From: Felis catus
Lineage: Eukaryota
Reading direction: 5' to 3'
Assembly (NCBI RefSeq): GCF_018350175.1
Contig: NC_058368.1
Span: 212,104,001-212,168,000 of the forward strand
Length of the DNA: 64,000 nucleotides
The position numbers were made by a program, and so were the translations under genes. This document shows positions 23,950 to 37,277 of this stretch, one piece after another. The notes under the pieces are model-generated. The model did not search any database, was not told where the DNA came from, and saw only the letters and a program-made list of their open reading frames with translations. Position 1 is the first letter of the stretch. The number at the start of each line of letters is the position of its first letter.

Positions 23950-26900
23950 TAGGAATTAGTTTCATCCCAATTCATTCATTTCCTTTATTTTTATTATCCA
24001 TCTAGTAAATCAAGCCCTGACATTTAACCTCCTAAAGAGTTTGTGGCTTTGTCCTGTCGTCTTCATTCCCACTGTACTGTTTTGATTCAGTCTCTCATCT
24101 TCTCTCCTTGCGACTGTAATTACCTCCTACCCAGTCTCTCCTTCATTCAAATTGTTGCTCAGGTTATTTCAAAAAAACACGGAACTAACCATGGCTCTGC
24201 TCCACTGTTAGGGTTCATTGACCATGGGATAAAGCCCCAGCTCCTATGTGTGGCATTCCTTTGTGATCTGAACCTTGCCTACTCTCTGAGTGCATCCCTC
24301 GTCGTGTGAAGGTACCAGTGTTAACACATAGACATGGGCAAGGCAAGACACATTCAACCGTCCCCAGATTCTGTGCTGTTAGTGAATAAAAGGTAAAAAA
24401 TAAGCCCTCAAAAATTAATGGAATAAATTCTCTCTCACCTTAAGAAGCTTGTGCTCTGGTGGAGGAAGCAGACAGAACAATTTCAATACAATGAGATAAC
24501 ACAAAAAGAGACATGTAAAAAGACCTTTGAAGAGGAAGTAAATAACTGTGCTTAAACACAATGGGCAAGACTCAATAGAGAAGGGAAAGTTGGGACAGAA
24601 ATCCCTCACGCCTCACTCCTAAATGGTTACCAAGTTATGCCAATTCTACTTCCTAAATATCTCTAAAAAAAATCCACCTATTCCTAGGTGGCTGAAGTAG
24701 GTCTTTGATGGGTCTCCTTTCCTGGAGTTGAACTACCTCCCTCAACTCTAATCCATCTCCCCAAATACAGCCAAAATGACCTTTATAAATGGAAATTGGA
24801 TTGTGTTTCTCTCAATAAAATATTTCAGTCTCCCCATTTCCTACAATAAAGTTTAAATGGTCTAAAATGGCTTCAAAGGGGCCTCAGGATTCATCCTATC
24901 TCTTGTTCTTTGGCCTTATCTCTTACAATATTGTTTTGATTCTCCATTCTCTAACCTAGAATTCCAGTTGCATGTATGTTGGTCTTAATCACTAATCTTC
25001 CATATCTTGGGATCCTGCCTTCATATTTTTTGTCTCTGCAGTTTGTGTGATTTCTTTTTCTTTTGACTCACTAGTTCTCTCTTCAGACACATCTACTTCT
25101 CTTTTTAACCTTTCTATTGAAATTTTAATTTCATTGATGGTATTTTTTTTTTTTTTACTTGTGGCAGTCTGTTGGTTATTTTTCTAAGTTTTCTCTGTTA
25201 TGGTTTCTTGTTTCTAATTCAGGCTTTCAATATGATCTTTTGTTTTTTAATCATATTTGAGACATTTATTTTGCAGTTTATGTTGGATAATTCCAATGTC
25301 CAGAGACTATATGGGTCTATTTTTCCTATTTGGGATTTCTTCTATGTCTTGCTTATTATAGATTATTTCCTTTTCTTGATTTTTGTTTTATTGTGAGTTC
25401 TTGGTTGTGAAACTTCTTATCAGGTTATTCCTTAAGGCTCATATTCTTCCAGAGAGGATTTTGGATTAGTTAAAATAAATTATTGGTTGGATGTTATGCA
25501 ACTACATGGGTCATGGTTACAAAATCTCAGGGGTAACATTTACTATTTCTTCTAGAGTTAGGGTCAAAACAGATTTTTCGGCTGTGTCCCAGGTTTCTTT
25601 TAGTCCATCCTTTCACACAAGGGCTAGTCCTTTGGGGTTATGGTCTTTCTGAGGTCTCCAGTCCAACTTCCCATGCTACACAGGCCCAGGTCATTGTCAC
25701 CAGTACTCAGGTGACCATTAAAATTATAATCTAAGTGACCAGGTTTGTATCTCTAGATGCCCAACATTTCTGCTACATGTTTAGCCTCTGAGGATATCTC
25801 TTACTTTCTTGCCAACTCAGGAACACATTTAAAATATTTAAAATATTTTATCCACAACTTTATATGTTTTACAAAGGTAAGGAGTTTTCAGGGTATCCTG
25901 TGGTTTACTAGAAACAGACCGCTCTGGCTATCTCTGGTCAGTTACTGTTTTATACTCTGTGTTTATTCATATACCAAACAATCTCATTCCCTGAAAGTGC
26001 TGTGCATTCTCTACCACCTCCAGAGCTTTGCAGGTTCTGGTTCCTGTGCACCACCCCTCCTATTCATCCTTTAGGTATCAGCTTAAATATCATTTCACAT
26101 TTTATTCTGTATTTTCTTGAACAAAGACTTTGTTAGACTATATTATAGTTGCTTAAAGAAAATTTTTTTAATGTTTATTTATTTTTGAGAGAGACAGAGT
26201 GTGAATGGGGGAAGGGCAGAGAGCGAGGGAGACAGTGAATCGGAAGCAACTCTCAGCTCTGAGCTGTCAGCTTAGAGCTCCAGTGGGGTTCAAACACAGG
26301 AACCATGAGATCATGACCTGAGCCAAAGTCAGACGCTTACCCAACTGAGCCACCCAGGCACCCCTGTAGCTGCTTTCTAGTGTCTGTACCCTCCCCTACT
26401 TTATGTAAGCTCTCTGAGGGAGCTTTTATTCCTCACATTTAGCAGGGCCTAACACATAGATAAATGGATAATAGAATGAAGGCTTGAGATAAATGAATGA
26501 AGACTTCAGACCCCTGCATATTGCAGCCAAGATAACCTAATCCTTTTAAATTAAAAAAAAAAAAAACCACCTAAAATACCAGAGAATACAGCTTCATCCT
26601 CTTTTATTATAACTTTTTTCTTTTTTACCTTGAAAGCTTGCAACTCAAAAAAAAGTTAGAAAAATAGTACAGGGAGTTCTTGGGAACTCTTTACCCAGCA
26701 TATCATTCTTTATGAATGCATAATGAACTTATAAGAAAGCTTTAAAAAAAATCCTCAGGAAGAAAAAACTAAAAGGGAATGATAAGCACATTGAAGCTGA
26801 TGCAGAGAAAAATCAAAGGGCCTTGATTTTAACATCCAGTGGCAACAGATGATGACGTCTTCACATGGAGCAGAGCAGAGAGCTGGAACTGAGACCCCTC

Positions 26901-27860
26901 CTGAAGCTGGGGGCCTGGAGGAGCTATGCCTCTATGAGACAGGGGGCTAGAAGAAACCACCACCAGCAAAGGTAGATGGCAGAGAAGCTTCTCTTATCTC
27001 AGCTTGCGTTTTGAGGGGGGAGTGATGCTGGTGGATAACCATCTCACTAGAAAATACTTTACCATAGGCCAGCCTCATACGGATTCAGAGTTCAAATGTA
27101 TACTCTTGTGTGGCTGGAGAACCCCCATGCCAAAAAAATATAAGATAAACATATTTCTGATCTCAAAAAACTATGGGATGCCTGGTAGAAGCAAAGATTA
27201 AAAACCTGCCCTGGAGAAACCAATGCTCAGCTAAAGATGAACAAAAATCCAATAGATAAAGCTTCTGATTAGATGAATTCACCAGCTTCTAATTCAAAAT
27301 TTAAAACCATCTATAGCTAAGTGGGGGAGAGATCATAAACCCTCAAGAACTATGGATAAGTATTTCAGGTAAGGATAATAAAATTAATACGTAAAAAAAG
27401 AAGTACATATGAGAAAAGGAAAAATACACTATAAGATAATTGTAAGGTAGACATGAAAAATAATTACAACTGCTAGAAATGAAAAATATGATCATTGATT
27501 TTAAATTCCGTGTTTGGGTTAAACAGCAGATTTGGAAATTAGAGCTGAAAAAACTACTTCCCATGTCACTTAAGTATTTTCAGAGCTGTGTGATGGAGAG
27601 GCTAGTCTTTTCCTGATAGAAATCCAGACTTTCTCAGCTTTCATATATAAGAAAATTGAGAGTTAAAAAATATAAAAGTGAAGTTGAGACATGAAGGACA
27701 GAATGGGAAGGCTCATCACTGACAATTAAGCGTTCCAGAAGGAGAGAATAGTGGTAATTAAGGAAAGGCAAAGTTTAGAGAGAGAACGATTGAGAATGTT
27801 CTAAAATTGTTAAAAAAAAATACTTGAAATCTTATTTTAAAACACAGTGACTCTAGAGCA
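23950..27860. mobile_element. Mosaic of L2 and ancient L1/HAL1-like fragments
   Basis: L2-like pyrimidine-rich segments (24000-24960, 26060-26500) and T-rich/A-rich L1 ORF1-like segments (25000-25600, 27000-27860); boundaries rough. Confidence 0.5.
26155..26364 (-). mobile_element. Carnivore SINEC
   Basis: Full body, TAG(T/C)TGCTT flanks. Confidence 0.92.
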
Positions 27861-28230
27861 AAATTAAGTAGATGGAATTATGGATGACCAGTGGATAGAA
27901 GAAAGGCTAAAAGTTGGATAGGAGCAGTAGAGCCATTTCTGATGGCATGTAAGAATCTTGTCAACCTTCCCTTCTTCCTCCTCCAGGAGGAGACTCATTT
28001 CACTCCCTGGAGGATAAAACAAGCTGGCTACTCTGAGTAATAAGTAAATAAGCTTAGGTTTGTAGGTGGAATAGTTTCCATTGCTTTCAGTGAGCAGGCT
28101 CGTTATAACCACCAGCTGTTTGTTATCAGATTCCTTCATTCATAGTTTGCGCTGGCCTTTCATGGCCAATGTCACCAGTTACTCTGCCTGAGGTCAGTGA
28201 GACTGTGTCACCCCTATAGAAATTAGTCTC

Positions 28231-28434
28231 GGGGCACCTGGGTGGCGCAGTCGCTTAAGCGTCCGACTTCAGCCAGGTCACGATCTTGTGGTCTGTGAGT
28301 TCGAGCCCCGCGTCAGGCTCTGGGCTGATGGCTCAGAACCTGGAGCCTGTTTCCGATTCTGTGTCTCCCTCTCTCTCTGACCCTCCCCCGTTCATGCTCT
28401 GTCTCTCTCTGTCCCAAAAAATAAATAAACGTTG
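28231..28434 (+). mobile_element. Young felid SINE (SINEC_Fc type), almost no polyA tail
   Basis: TSD AGAAATTAGTCTC at 28218-28230 and 28435-28447. Confidence 0.95.
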
Positions 28435-28708
28435 AGAAATTAGTCTCAACTCTTAGGAAATGTGTTTTATCTTCTGTTTTCTTATCACTTAGTAGACCGT
28501 ACCAGTGTTTGTGAATGATGACAAAATCCGAATTAAGTTTGAATTGAGCGTTCTCGAATGATCACTTTTTATCACTCTTCCTCACTAACAACAGTAGCAC
28601 TATTTTAAGTTTGTGGGTGACTTGAGTGTATAGTTCACCATCATTGCAGAAATGCTTTTGTGCAAGTTTTGAAAATGCAAAAAGTACAGTTTCACATTTG
28701 TTTTCCAG

Positions 28709-28801
28709 AATGTCTGCCAGACTCTGTGGTGCTCAGTGAAAGGCTTTTGTCGCTCTAAGCTGGACGCTGCTGCAGATGGGACACGATGTGGTGAGAAGAA
28801 G
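28709..28801 (+). CDS. ADAMTS12: ADAMTS12 coding exon (probably exon 10): [31 protein letters not shown]
   Basis: TTCCAG acceptor, AAG|GTGATT donor, 93 nt, phase 0/0; disintegrin-like CxxLWC...ADGTxC pattern; absent from the ORF track. Confidence 0.96.
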
Positions 28802-29826
28802 GTGATTGGCAGGCTGAGGAAGGAAGGTGGGAGGGTGGTGGGTTCTTGGGAGGAGTAGGGAGAGGGCCCTGGAGAGCAGCTGTCTGGGTGAATGGAGGTC
28901 ACACAGTCAGACTAGCCAGAGGAAAGGATCTTATTTCCATGATGTCTTTTGAGCCTTCACTGGAGACGGTGGAGGAGAGAGGGCTGAGACCCAGTTCTAC
29001 ACTTCACTTGCAAAACATCCATCCCAAATTTCCCTGATGAACTTCGGTGGAATTTGTGGTCAATAACATCTGCTGAGCTTATGATCAGCCTTCATTTGGA
29101 ATCCGCTCCCCCCCCCCCCCCCCCAGTTAAAAATTGAGAAGGCAAGCCAGTGGCTTCTTCCTTCCAAAGATGCTGGATTTGGGCCACTGGTTTTCTTCAT
29201 TTTCATCATCTCATTTGACTGCATTTCTTGGAGTTCTTCCCATTTAACTAAGCAGGAAAGCCAGACACCCAAGAATTCAGATGCTAGAAATCTTCCAGAC
29301 TGCTTGAGAACAGCGTAATATGTGCTACTCACCAAAATCAGTTGTGTTTGTTGTGAGCCCAAGATTTAGGCATTTACTGGGTATCTTTATGCAGCTTGAG
29401 TGGCATCAGACCCATCACTGAAATTATAGAACTTGGTCACAACACACAGTGACCAGAAATAATGAGGAAAAGGGGGCAGCAGATAAAATATGCCCAAATC
29501 ATCTAACAACCAAATCGCATTTTCTTTTGTTTCTTTTTTGTATGCTCACCTTCCTAAACTGATAGTTGTTGAAGGATTGCCTTGAAGAGAAAGGACGGAA
29601 TTTTTTCTGAGCCACTTGAAATGCTAGAACTGGAAATAATCGAGTTACAGGAAAGCAAAAATTGTTCTTGATATTAGAAAGCACTTCAACTAGTGTCTTT
29701 GTTTTTGTTTTTGACAATGAGTGGATTTTTGCAAGAGTATGAGTTCTCTGCTGTGAACATTAAATACCCATAGAGGACATGGAGAAGTGTTAACCACAGT
29801 GTCAGTCTGCAAAATGTTTGTTTATA

Positions 29827-30047
29827 GGGGCGCCTGGGTGGCACAGTCGGTTAAGCGTCCGACTTCAGCCAGGTCACGATCTCGCGGTCCGTGAGTTCGA
29901 GCCCCGCGCCAGGCTCTGGGCTGATGGCTCGGAGCCTGGAGCCGTTTCCGATTCTGTGTCTCCTTCTCTCTCTGCCCCTCCCCCGTTCATGCTCTGTCTC
30001 TCTCTGTCCCAAAAATAAATAAAAACGTTGAAAAAAAAATTAAAAAA
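29827..30047 (+). mobile_element. Young felid SINE (SINEC_Fc type)
   Basis: TSD AAAATGTTTGTTTAT at 29811-29825 and 30048-30062. Confidence 0.95.
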
Positions 30048-30464
30048 AAAATGTTTGTTTATGGTCTGTAACAAGATAAGGGACTTGCAGCAGTAGGTCA
30101 ATCAATTACATTACAAAGCAACTGTGTTCCTAAGCATACTGAGCTGCTTTTCATAACAAGACTTTCTCAGTGAAGGAGGAGGTGTGTGGACGTACATTCT
30201 GGCATGCACTTTGAGGAACATTGAGTAGCATTGGCTAGCTACAATAGGACACCATAAAGTTCCATTCAATTACTGACATTCTCTGATTCAAAAACTCAAG
30301 ATTCTTGGGGAAATTTTTTGTGAGCTCTTTGTTCTCCATATGATGTGTGACCACAGGAAGCCTGCTTGCTCAGGGAGAATTGGGTTTCGACTTCTGGGGT
30401 TCTTGGCTCAGCTTGCAATGGGAACCTTTGTGATGTATGCCTGTCCTGTCTCTTCCCTTTTTAG

Positions 30465-30610
30465 TGGTGTATGGCTGGCAAATGCATCACAGTGGGGAAG
30501 AAACCAGAGAGCATTGCTGGAGGCTGGGGCCGCTGGTCACCCTGGTCCCACTGTTCTAGGACCTGTGGGGCCGGAGCCCAGAGTGCAGAGAGGCTCTGCA
30601 ACAACCCTGA
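30465..30610 (+). CDS. ADAMTS12: ADAMTS12 coding exon (probably exon 11): [48 protein letters not shown]
   Basis: TTTTAG acceptor, GA|GTAAGT donor, 146 nt, phase 0/2; TSR1 with WxxWxxW and CSRTCG motifs. Confidence 0.97.
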
Positions 30611-31310
30611 GTAAGTCTAACCAAAAATATTTCCCTTCCTTCCGGGAGTGCCGAGACCAATCTTGCATAGCACGATGTCAGTGACCCCCAAGACTCTTAA
30701 GGGAAATAAAATGGGTTCCTAAAGACAAAAGGGAACCAGAAGATTCTTAGAGGGTAGAAGAAAACTGGTTCTGTTTTGTTTTATTTTGGTGAGACACTGG
30801 GTTCTTACTAGCACTTGGATAAGTAAGCTGATTCCATCATTTGGAGAAATAAGCACATTTTCAAAAGTATCATCTATGTGAAAGGTCCTAGGAGATTATG
30901 CACTTAAATCCTTCTAGATAACATCACTCTATCACTGAGAGATTACTTATACTCAATTTTGCTAATAAGATTGTAGCTTTTTTCCAATCATAATGAATGC
31001 TTAATTTTATAAAAATAATTTTCTTCCCTTAAGTAACTAATAAAATAGTACATTTTTTAAGATAATTATTTTTAATGTTTTAGATAAGGATTTTATAACC
31101 ATAGACTTCCATATTAGCCTGTTAAAGGCTCCACAGAAGTTATTTCACAAAGCAGCTTTCAATTTTTTAATTAAAGTGCTCAACCCTTTCAAATTTTAAA
31201 TTTGTATAATGATACTATATATGAATTACATTTAAATTCCCTTGTTTTCCAAACATATATTACATTCTTAACTTCATTATTTCTTGGTATACTAGTTCCC
31301 AAGTAAATTT

Positions 31311-31526
31311 TCTTTTAAGTTTTTTTAATGTTTATTCATTTTTGAGAGACAGAGACAGAGTGCGAGTGGGGGAGGGGCAGAGAGAGAGGGAGACACAGAA
31401 TCCGAAGCAGGTTCTAGGCTTCGAGCTGTCAGCACAGGGCCCGACATGGGGCTCAAACTCACAAACTGTTAGATCATGACCTGAGCCAAAGTCGGACACT
31501 TAACTGACTGAGTCACCCAGGTGCCC
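31311..31526 (-). mobile_element. Feliform SINEC
   Basis: Full body, CCAAGTAAA flanks. Confidence 0.93.
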
Positions 31527-31957
31527 TCCAAGTAAAATTTTTAAGAAGTGTACATATGATGCCTTTGGTAAGTAAAAAATATATTAAGCTTCTTTTGCCT
31601 AGAATTTCATTCTGTATTGAAGGGTAAGAGTCACACTTTTTAGAAGACTAATTATAAATGTGATTACAGTGTCCTCATTATCTCAGTTCTAAATATTACT
31701 TCTCCTTTTTTATTAATAATTATATTACTCTATGTATATATGCATAAATTTAATAAATATATGTAACAAATTTCTCCTAAGGATTAAGTTAATATAAAGA
31801 CATTAACTCAATACCTACTACATTAAACTGTCAGTGAATGGTATATATTATAGTAGTTATTATGATATCTTTATCATTTCCCACACATAAAACTATATAT
31901 TTGAGGAATTTGGATAAAATTTTTCTTAAATCTTACTCTTTGATAAAAGTTGCTTTT

Positions 31958-32163
31958 ATTTAAAATTTTTAAGTTTATTTATTTATTTTAAGAGAGAGTG
32001 TGTGGGAAGGACAGAGAGAGAGGGAGAGAAAGAGAATCCCAAACAGGCTCTACATGGTCAGTGATGAGCCCAATATGGGTCTCAAACTCACAAACCATGA
32101 GATCCTGACCTGAGCCAAAATCAAGAGTCGGACTCTGAACTGACTGAGTCATCCAGGTACCCT
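31958..32163 (-). mobile_element. Carnivore SINEC
   Basis: Full body, AAGTTGCTTTT flanks. Confidence 0.92.
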
Positions 32164-33615
32164 GAAGTTGCTTTTGTTTAAATGCAAATTTCTGTGACTT
32201 CAAAAAATCAAAACCAGGAATGGAGTACTTTATTTTTACAGAAAATCTTCATTGTGATTTCCATTGTAGAGATGAGGAAATGCAGGCAATTTGCTCTGGG
32301 ACCTATTTTCAGTGCTCTGTATTCAGCAACCACTCATCTGTAGCCTCTTGGTTGGATGGTTGGTGATCTGTGGTTGTCAGAAAGGGACATCTTTGTTGAG
32401 GGACTATAGGATGAATCTCTAACTTGGCTTAATGGAGAAAATGGCATTAACCCCCATCTTAGAGACCATAATTTGTCATAGAGTCTCCTCAGGTGAGTGA
32501 CCATGTTTGATCTCAGTAGCTGGTTTGCTGAAGTTTATTGAAAACAATGACAATGGAAACATGGTCACGGATTCAGGTCAGAGCATGACTAGTGGACATT
32601 GAGACTGGATCCTTGATGTTGGTCAGATATCTAGTGAGAAGACAGCTGGGTTTGTAAAAGGCTTTTAGTGATGTTTGTTGGATGGTACGAACTGGAGAGG
32701 TGCTAAGTCATAGAGTATCACTCCATCATCATGAATAGAAAACCAATCTGATATCATGGACAATTCTTAGAACCTTCAACATGGAGTCAATGATTATGAA
32801 CTGCCTTGGTCAAAGCTCTTTTATGTTCAAGGAACAGAAGTCTACCCAAACCACATTAAGAAAGGAGGGGAAGGAAGTATAGGAAACCTCATGGTTGTTC
32901 AAGAAGAACTTCATGAGAAGTACAACTGCAACCAGAAATGAACCAGATGCCAAGGCTTGAGGTTTCTGTCCCCCTAGATGGCATGGTCAGGCAATATAAC
33001 ACAGTGGATGAGGGCTCAGGCTGTGGATTAAGGCAGATGAGGGTTTAAATCTTGGCTCTCCCACTATCAGTTGGGCACTTTAGGCAGATGTCCTACTTTC
33101 CTGTGCCTTTAGAATGTGATTTCATCTAGGCTGCTCACTTGGCATGCTTTCTGCCATTGCTCTGAGAAGCCACTTCCATGCATTCTTTAAGAACATTCTC
33201 CAAGACAATTCTTCCATGAATTCTTTCCAATCAGTCTTATTTCCACTATTCTCGCCCTTCTTTAAACTCTCATTGTATTTACAGTCAGGGATACATAATT
33301 GCTCTTAAATTTTATCTCATTTATTATATAGATGATATTTTTTTTCTCTTCAGCAAGATTATAAGCTTCTAGGAGACACAGGGCATCGGTTGCCCTTTTT
33401 TTGTACTCTCCTCTTCCTGAAAATGATGTTGAACACATGGTATTGTATAAATACTTGTTGATTATTATTCACAATAATCCAGAAATGCTGTCACTTACTG
33501 AGCTCTTTTACTGAGCTCATTTACTGAGCTCTGTGTTAGCTACTCTACTAAATATGTGCATTATCTCACTCATCATGTGAGTTCCCATCATGTGAGTTAA
33601 GAACTATCATGCTCA

Positions 33616-33618
<3 letters not shown>

Positions 33619-33658
<40 letters not shown>
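33619..33658. repeat. (CA)20 microsatellite inside a MIR
   Basis: Direct reading. Confidence 0.95.
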
Positions 33659-33662
<4 letters not shown>

Positions 33663-33975
33663 CTAAGGTAACTTGTTCAAAATAATCTAACTAAAATACA
33701 AAGTAAAGCAGAATTCAAACCCCAGGCTATTTAACCCCATTATGCTGCACTGCAATAGCAGACACAATACCTAATCTCAGATGCAGTGAGGTGGAGATAA
33801 GAAGGCATACATAGACTGTCTGGAGCTTTCTTAAAGGACAGAGAGTTCCTCCTCTTCTATGACAGCAGCTTTTTTTATATTTCTTCCTCCATTTTTGAGT
33901 AAATAATTGATCCTGATGGGTAGGTTGTTATTGCCCGTAAGTGTATTGCAAAGGAAATAAAAGATTGAGAAGGAT

Positions 33976-34176
33976 TATTTTTTTAATTTTTTAATGATTC
34001 TATTTATTTTTGAGAGAGAGAGAGAGAATTAATAGGAGAGGAACAGAGAGAGAATCCTAAGCAGGTTCTGCACTGTCAGTGTAGAGCCCGATGTGGGGCT
34101 TGAACCCACAAATCGTGAGATGATGACCTGGGCTGAAATCGAGTTGGACACTTAACCAACTGAGCCACCCAGGCAC
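33976..34176 (-). mobile_element. Carnivore SINEC
   Basis: Full body. Confidence 0.9.
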
Positions 34177-34194
34177 TATTCTAAAATAAGATTA

Positions 34195-35150
34195 ACTTAT
34201 TCATTCATTGAATGTTTAAGAGGCTTCTGTACTCAAAGTATGACTTAGAGACCATACATGACATAGAACTTGGATTGGATCATTAGTGAGCTATGTTTTG
34301 GAATGATAAGTGCTGGAAGTAGATAGTAGGTTCAATCAAGTGTCACTGAAAAGGAGAAAGAGACTACTTCTGGCAGAAATCCAAGAAGAATTCATGATGG
34401 AGACATAGCATTATTCAGTCCTGAAAGCATAGGTAGCATGTAGACATTCAGAGACTTACCAGAGGGGAAGTCTATCCAGAGGCACAGAAAAGAAACATAA
34501 AATAAGTCAGCCTGCCTCACTGAAGCAGTATGCAAATGAAGGGGAGGGTGAGAAGTAGTTGTTAGGGTGAATTAAGTCAGGATCATGAGGGCTTTGAGTG
34601 CTAAGCTGAAGAGGCTGGACTTGATTCTGTGGTCATTGGGTGCCGTGAAAAGGGTTGAAACAAGAAACTAAAATAATTACATTAATCTAAAAATTAACCA
34701 GATGTGTGTACAGTAGATTGAGTGAAGGAAAAGATGGGTGGAGGGGAGACAGGAATAGAGTTAAAGATTGGATTAGTTTGGTGACTGTGGAAACGAAGAG
34801 AAGGAAGCAAGTACAAAGACATGGCTGATGATTGGGCGGCTGGTGGACAGTGGGGTCAAAGGAAGGCAAAGGATGGAGGCTTCTGAAATCTGACCACTTG
34901 AAACTTGCTAAGTAGGAAGTAGGGAAGGAGCAGATTTTGGAGGGAATATGATGTATCCCTTCTCAGTATATATTTTCAGTTTTGAAGGCCAGGAGGATAT
35001 ATAAGTCAAAAAGATACACACAGTATTTCAAATTAGGCAACTATAGACCTGGGACTCAATGGTCATGGGCAACAACAACAACCAAAAAAATGTGTGAAAT
35101 TGGAAGAATTGACGTAAAAGGTGAGTTGTAAGGGTAGAACAGGACATGGT
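34195..35150 (-). mobile_element. LINE2 fragment
   Basis: TATTCATTCATTGAATG 3' end and purine-rich body; degenerate. Confidence 0.55.
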
Positions 35151-35249
35151 TTGGCAAAGAACAGCCATGACCAGATGCCAAGGGATGTTTAAGGAAAAAT
35201 GCTAGCCTTTAAGGAAACTAAAAAAACCACTTGTCTGTTTCATTCATAG

Positions 35250-35419
35250 ACCAAAGTTTGGAGGGAAGTACTGCACCGGAGAAAGAAAACGCTATCGCTT
35301 GTGCAACGTCCACCCCTGTCGCCCAGATGCACCAACATTTCGGCAGATGCAATGCAGTGAGTTTGACACCGTTCCCTACAAGAATGAATTCTACCACTGG
35401 TTTCCAGTTTTTAATCCAG
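35250..35419 (+). CDS. ADAMTS12: ADAMTS12 coding exon (probably exon 12): [57 protein letters not shown]
   Basis: CATAG acceptor, CAG|GTAAGG donor, 170 nt, phase 2/1; end of TSR1 and start of Cys-rich domain (FRxxQC). Confidence 0.97.
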
Positions 35420-36319
35420 GTAAGGAGCTATGACAATATATTCCAGATCTAGGGCCGCAGCCACCACAAGAGAGACCACAGAATGTCTGGGATGCCCTGC
35501 AAAGTTCAATAAAGAGAGGATTGTACCATGAGGAGTTTTATACTTCTGAAAATGGAAACACGACCTGCTTAGGTTGATCAGCAAATGTTGAAAGCTGAAT
35601 ATATCCAACTCTGTGCTGAGCTCTGGGGGAGATAAAAGAGAAGCTTATCAAACATGGTGGCTCCCTTCAAAACATGGTGCAGCTAAGCAATCAATGAAAG
35701 TACTTGATTACTGATGAAAGTGCTCATTGATGAGAGTGTGAACTGACTATAATTTTGGCAGAAATTCAGAAAAGGTCATTGTAAGTTTGGACTAATTTCA
35801 GGGAAGACTTCTAAGGAAGTGTTGAGGACTCTTAAGCATGAGAAGTCTTACTACTGGAAGAAGAAAAAGGGAAGACATTTAAAATAGAGTCAGTAATTCC
35901 ATTTGACGGGAGAAAAGCACAAGGAAAAAAAACCAGGATGATAAGAATGCCTTCATCAGAAATAAGTGAGACGCAGCTCTGGGCCAGAAATAAACTTTTT
36001 TTTTTTTAAGTACAGGACAGTATAAGAAGGGTACAAAATAAAATGAAGTAATTAAAGGATGCTCATCAGGGCATGGTGACATAACTGAACTGCAGAATGG
36101 GACAACTTTGGCAATGCTACCCCTGTATCAGCACCAGTTACACCTTCTCTCCTGAAAATGAAGAAGAATCATTAACCATTAGCTATAGATTGGCATCAAA
36201 AAATATCTGTGCAGTGTGTTATTATTCAAGTAGACAATGAAAGAGAAAAGATTTTCCTGAGCTAAAGAGATTTGAGTCAGGGAGTAAAAAATAACTAACC
36301 AAAAAATTTTTCATGATTT

Positions 36320-36398
36320 TTTTTATTTTATTGTTTTTCAATATATAAAGTTTATTGTCAAATTGGTTTCCATACAACACCCAGTGCTCATCCCAAAA
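36320..36398 (-). mobile_element. Very short felid L1 (L1_Fc-like) 3' end
   Basis: Reverse strand GATGAGCACTGGGTGTTGTATGGAAACCAATTTGACAATAAA + polyA; TSD TTTCATGATTTTTT. Confidence 0.88.
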
Positions 36399-36717
36399 TT
36401 TCATGATTTTTTTAAGTTTCTGAAAACACAAGAGGAATCATAGATGTCAGCCAGTGAATGAAAATTACATATGTGGACTGTTAAAAAAATGATATAGTCA
36501 ATTGCTTTTGAAGGAAAGACTCAGCAGTGCTTTGCCCGTATTGGGTCCCCAAACTACCCTGAAGGCTTTTGGTTGTCACGAGCAATGTCTTCTCCTTGCC
36601 CCCACATTGTTGAGCATCATTCATTGCTCTAGGGGGATGAGTCATTTGGTTACTAGTGCAATTCAGCTTCCTGTTCCTGGCATTTGAATCCAGCCAAACT
36701 CATGTGTGTACTCATGT

Positions 36718-36770
36718 ACACACACACACACACACACATACACATACACACGCACACACGCACAGACACA
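36718..36770. repeat. Imperfect (CA)n microsatellite
   Basis: Direct reading. Confidence 0.9.
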
Positions 36771-37055
36771 AGAAACTAATGATGAAAGATACTTCCAATT
36801 AGTACCATCTATATTTATATTTTTGACATTCTCTATTATATTGGAACTATTTAAGACAGTAGTATTATAGACCCCAAATGAGCAACCTTCCAGAACTAAG
36901 ATAGCATAACTATCCCAGGGTTGTGACAGGGTCCGCCCCCTGCCTGATGCAGGGTGGGGATTGTGTGTGCTGAACTCTGACAGCTTGAGTAGCTGGGCTT
37001 AGAATAAAAAGATTTGGTTTGGCTTGGCTTTTCCTTCATTTAAAAAGCGTTTGTA

Positions 37056-37277
37056 GGGGCGCCTGGGTGGCGCAGTCGGTTAAGCGTCCGACTTCAGCCA
37101 GGTCACGATCTCGCGGTCCGTGAGTTCGAGCCCCGCGTCAGGCTCTGGGCTGATGGCTCAGAGCCTGGAGCCTGTTTCCCATTCTGTGTCTCCCTCTCTC
37201 TCTGCCCCTCCCCTGTTCATGCTCTGTCTCTCTCTGTCCTAAAAATAAATAAACGTTGAAAAAAATTAAAAAAAAAA
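37056..37277 (+). mobile_element. Young felid SINE (SINEC_Fc type)
   Basis: TSD AAAAAGCGTTTGT at 37042-37054 and 37278-37290. Confidence 0.95.

Noticed and set aside
37056..37135. tRNA-like A/B box sequences
   Set aside because: tRNA-derived SINE heads, not tRNA genes.
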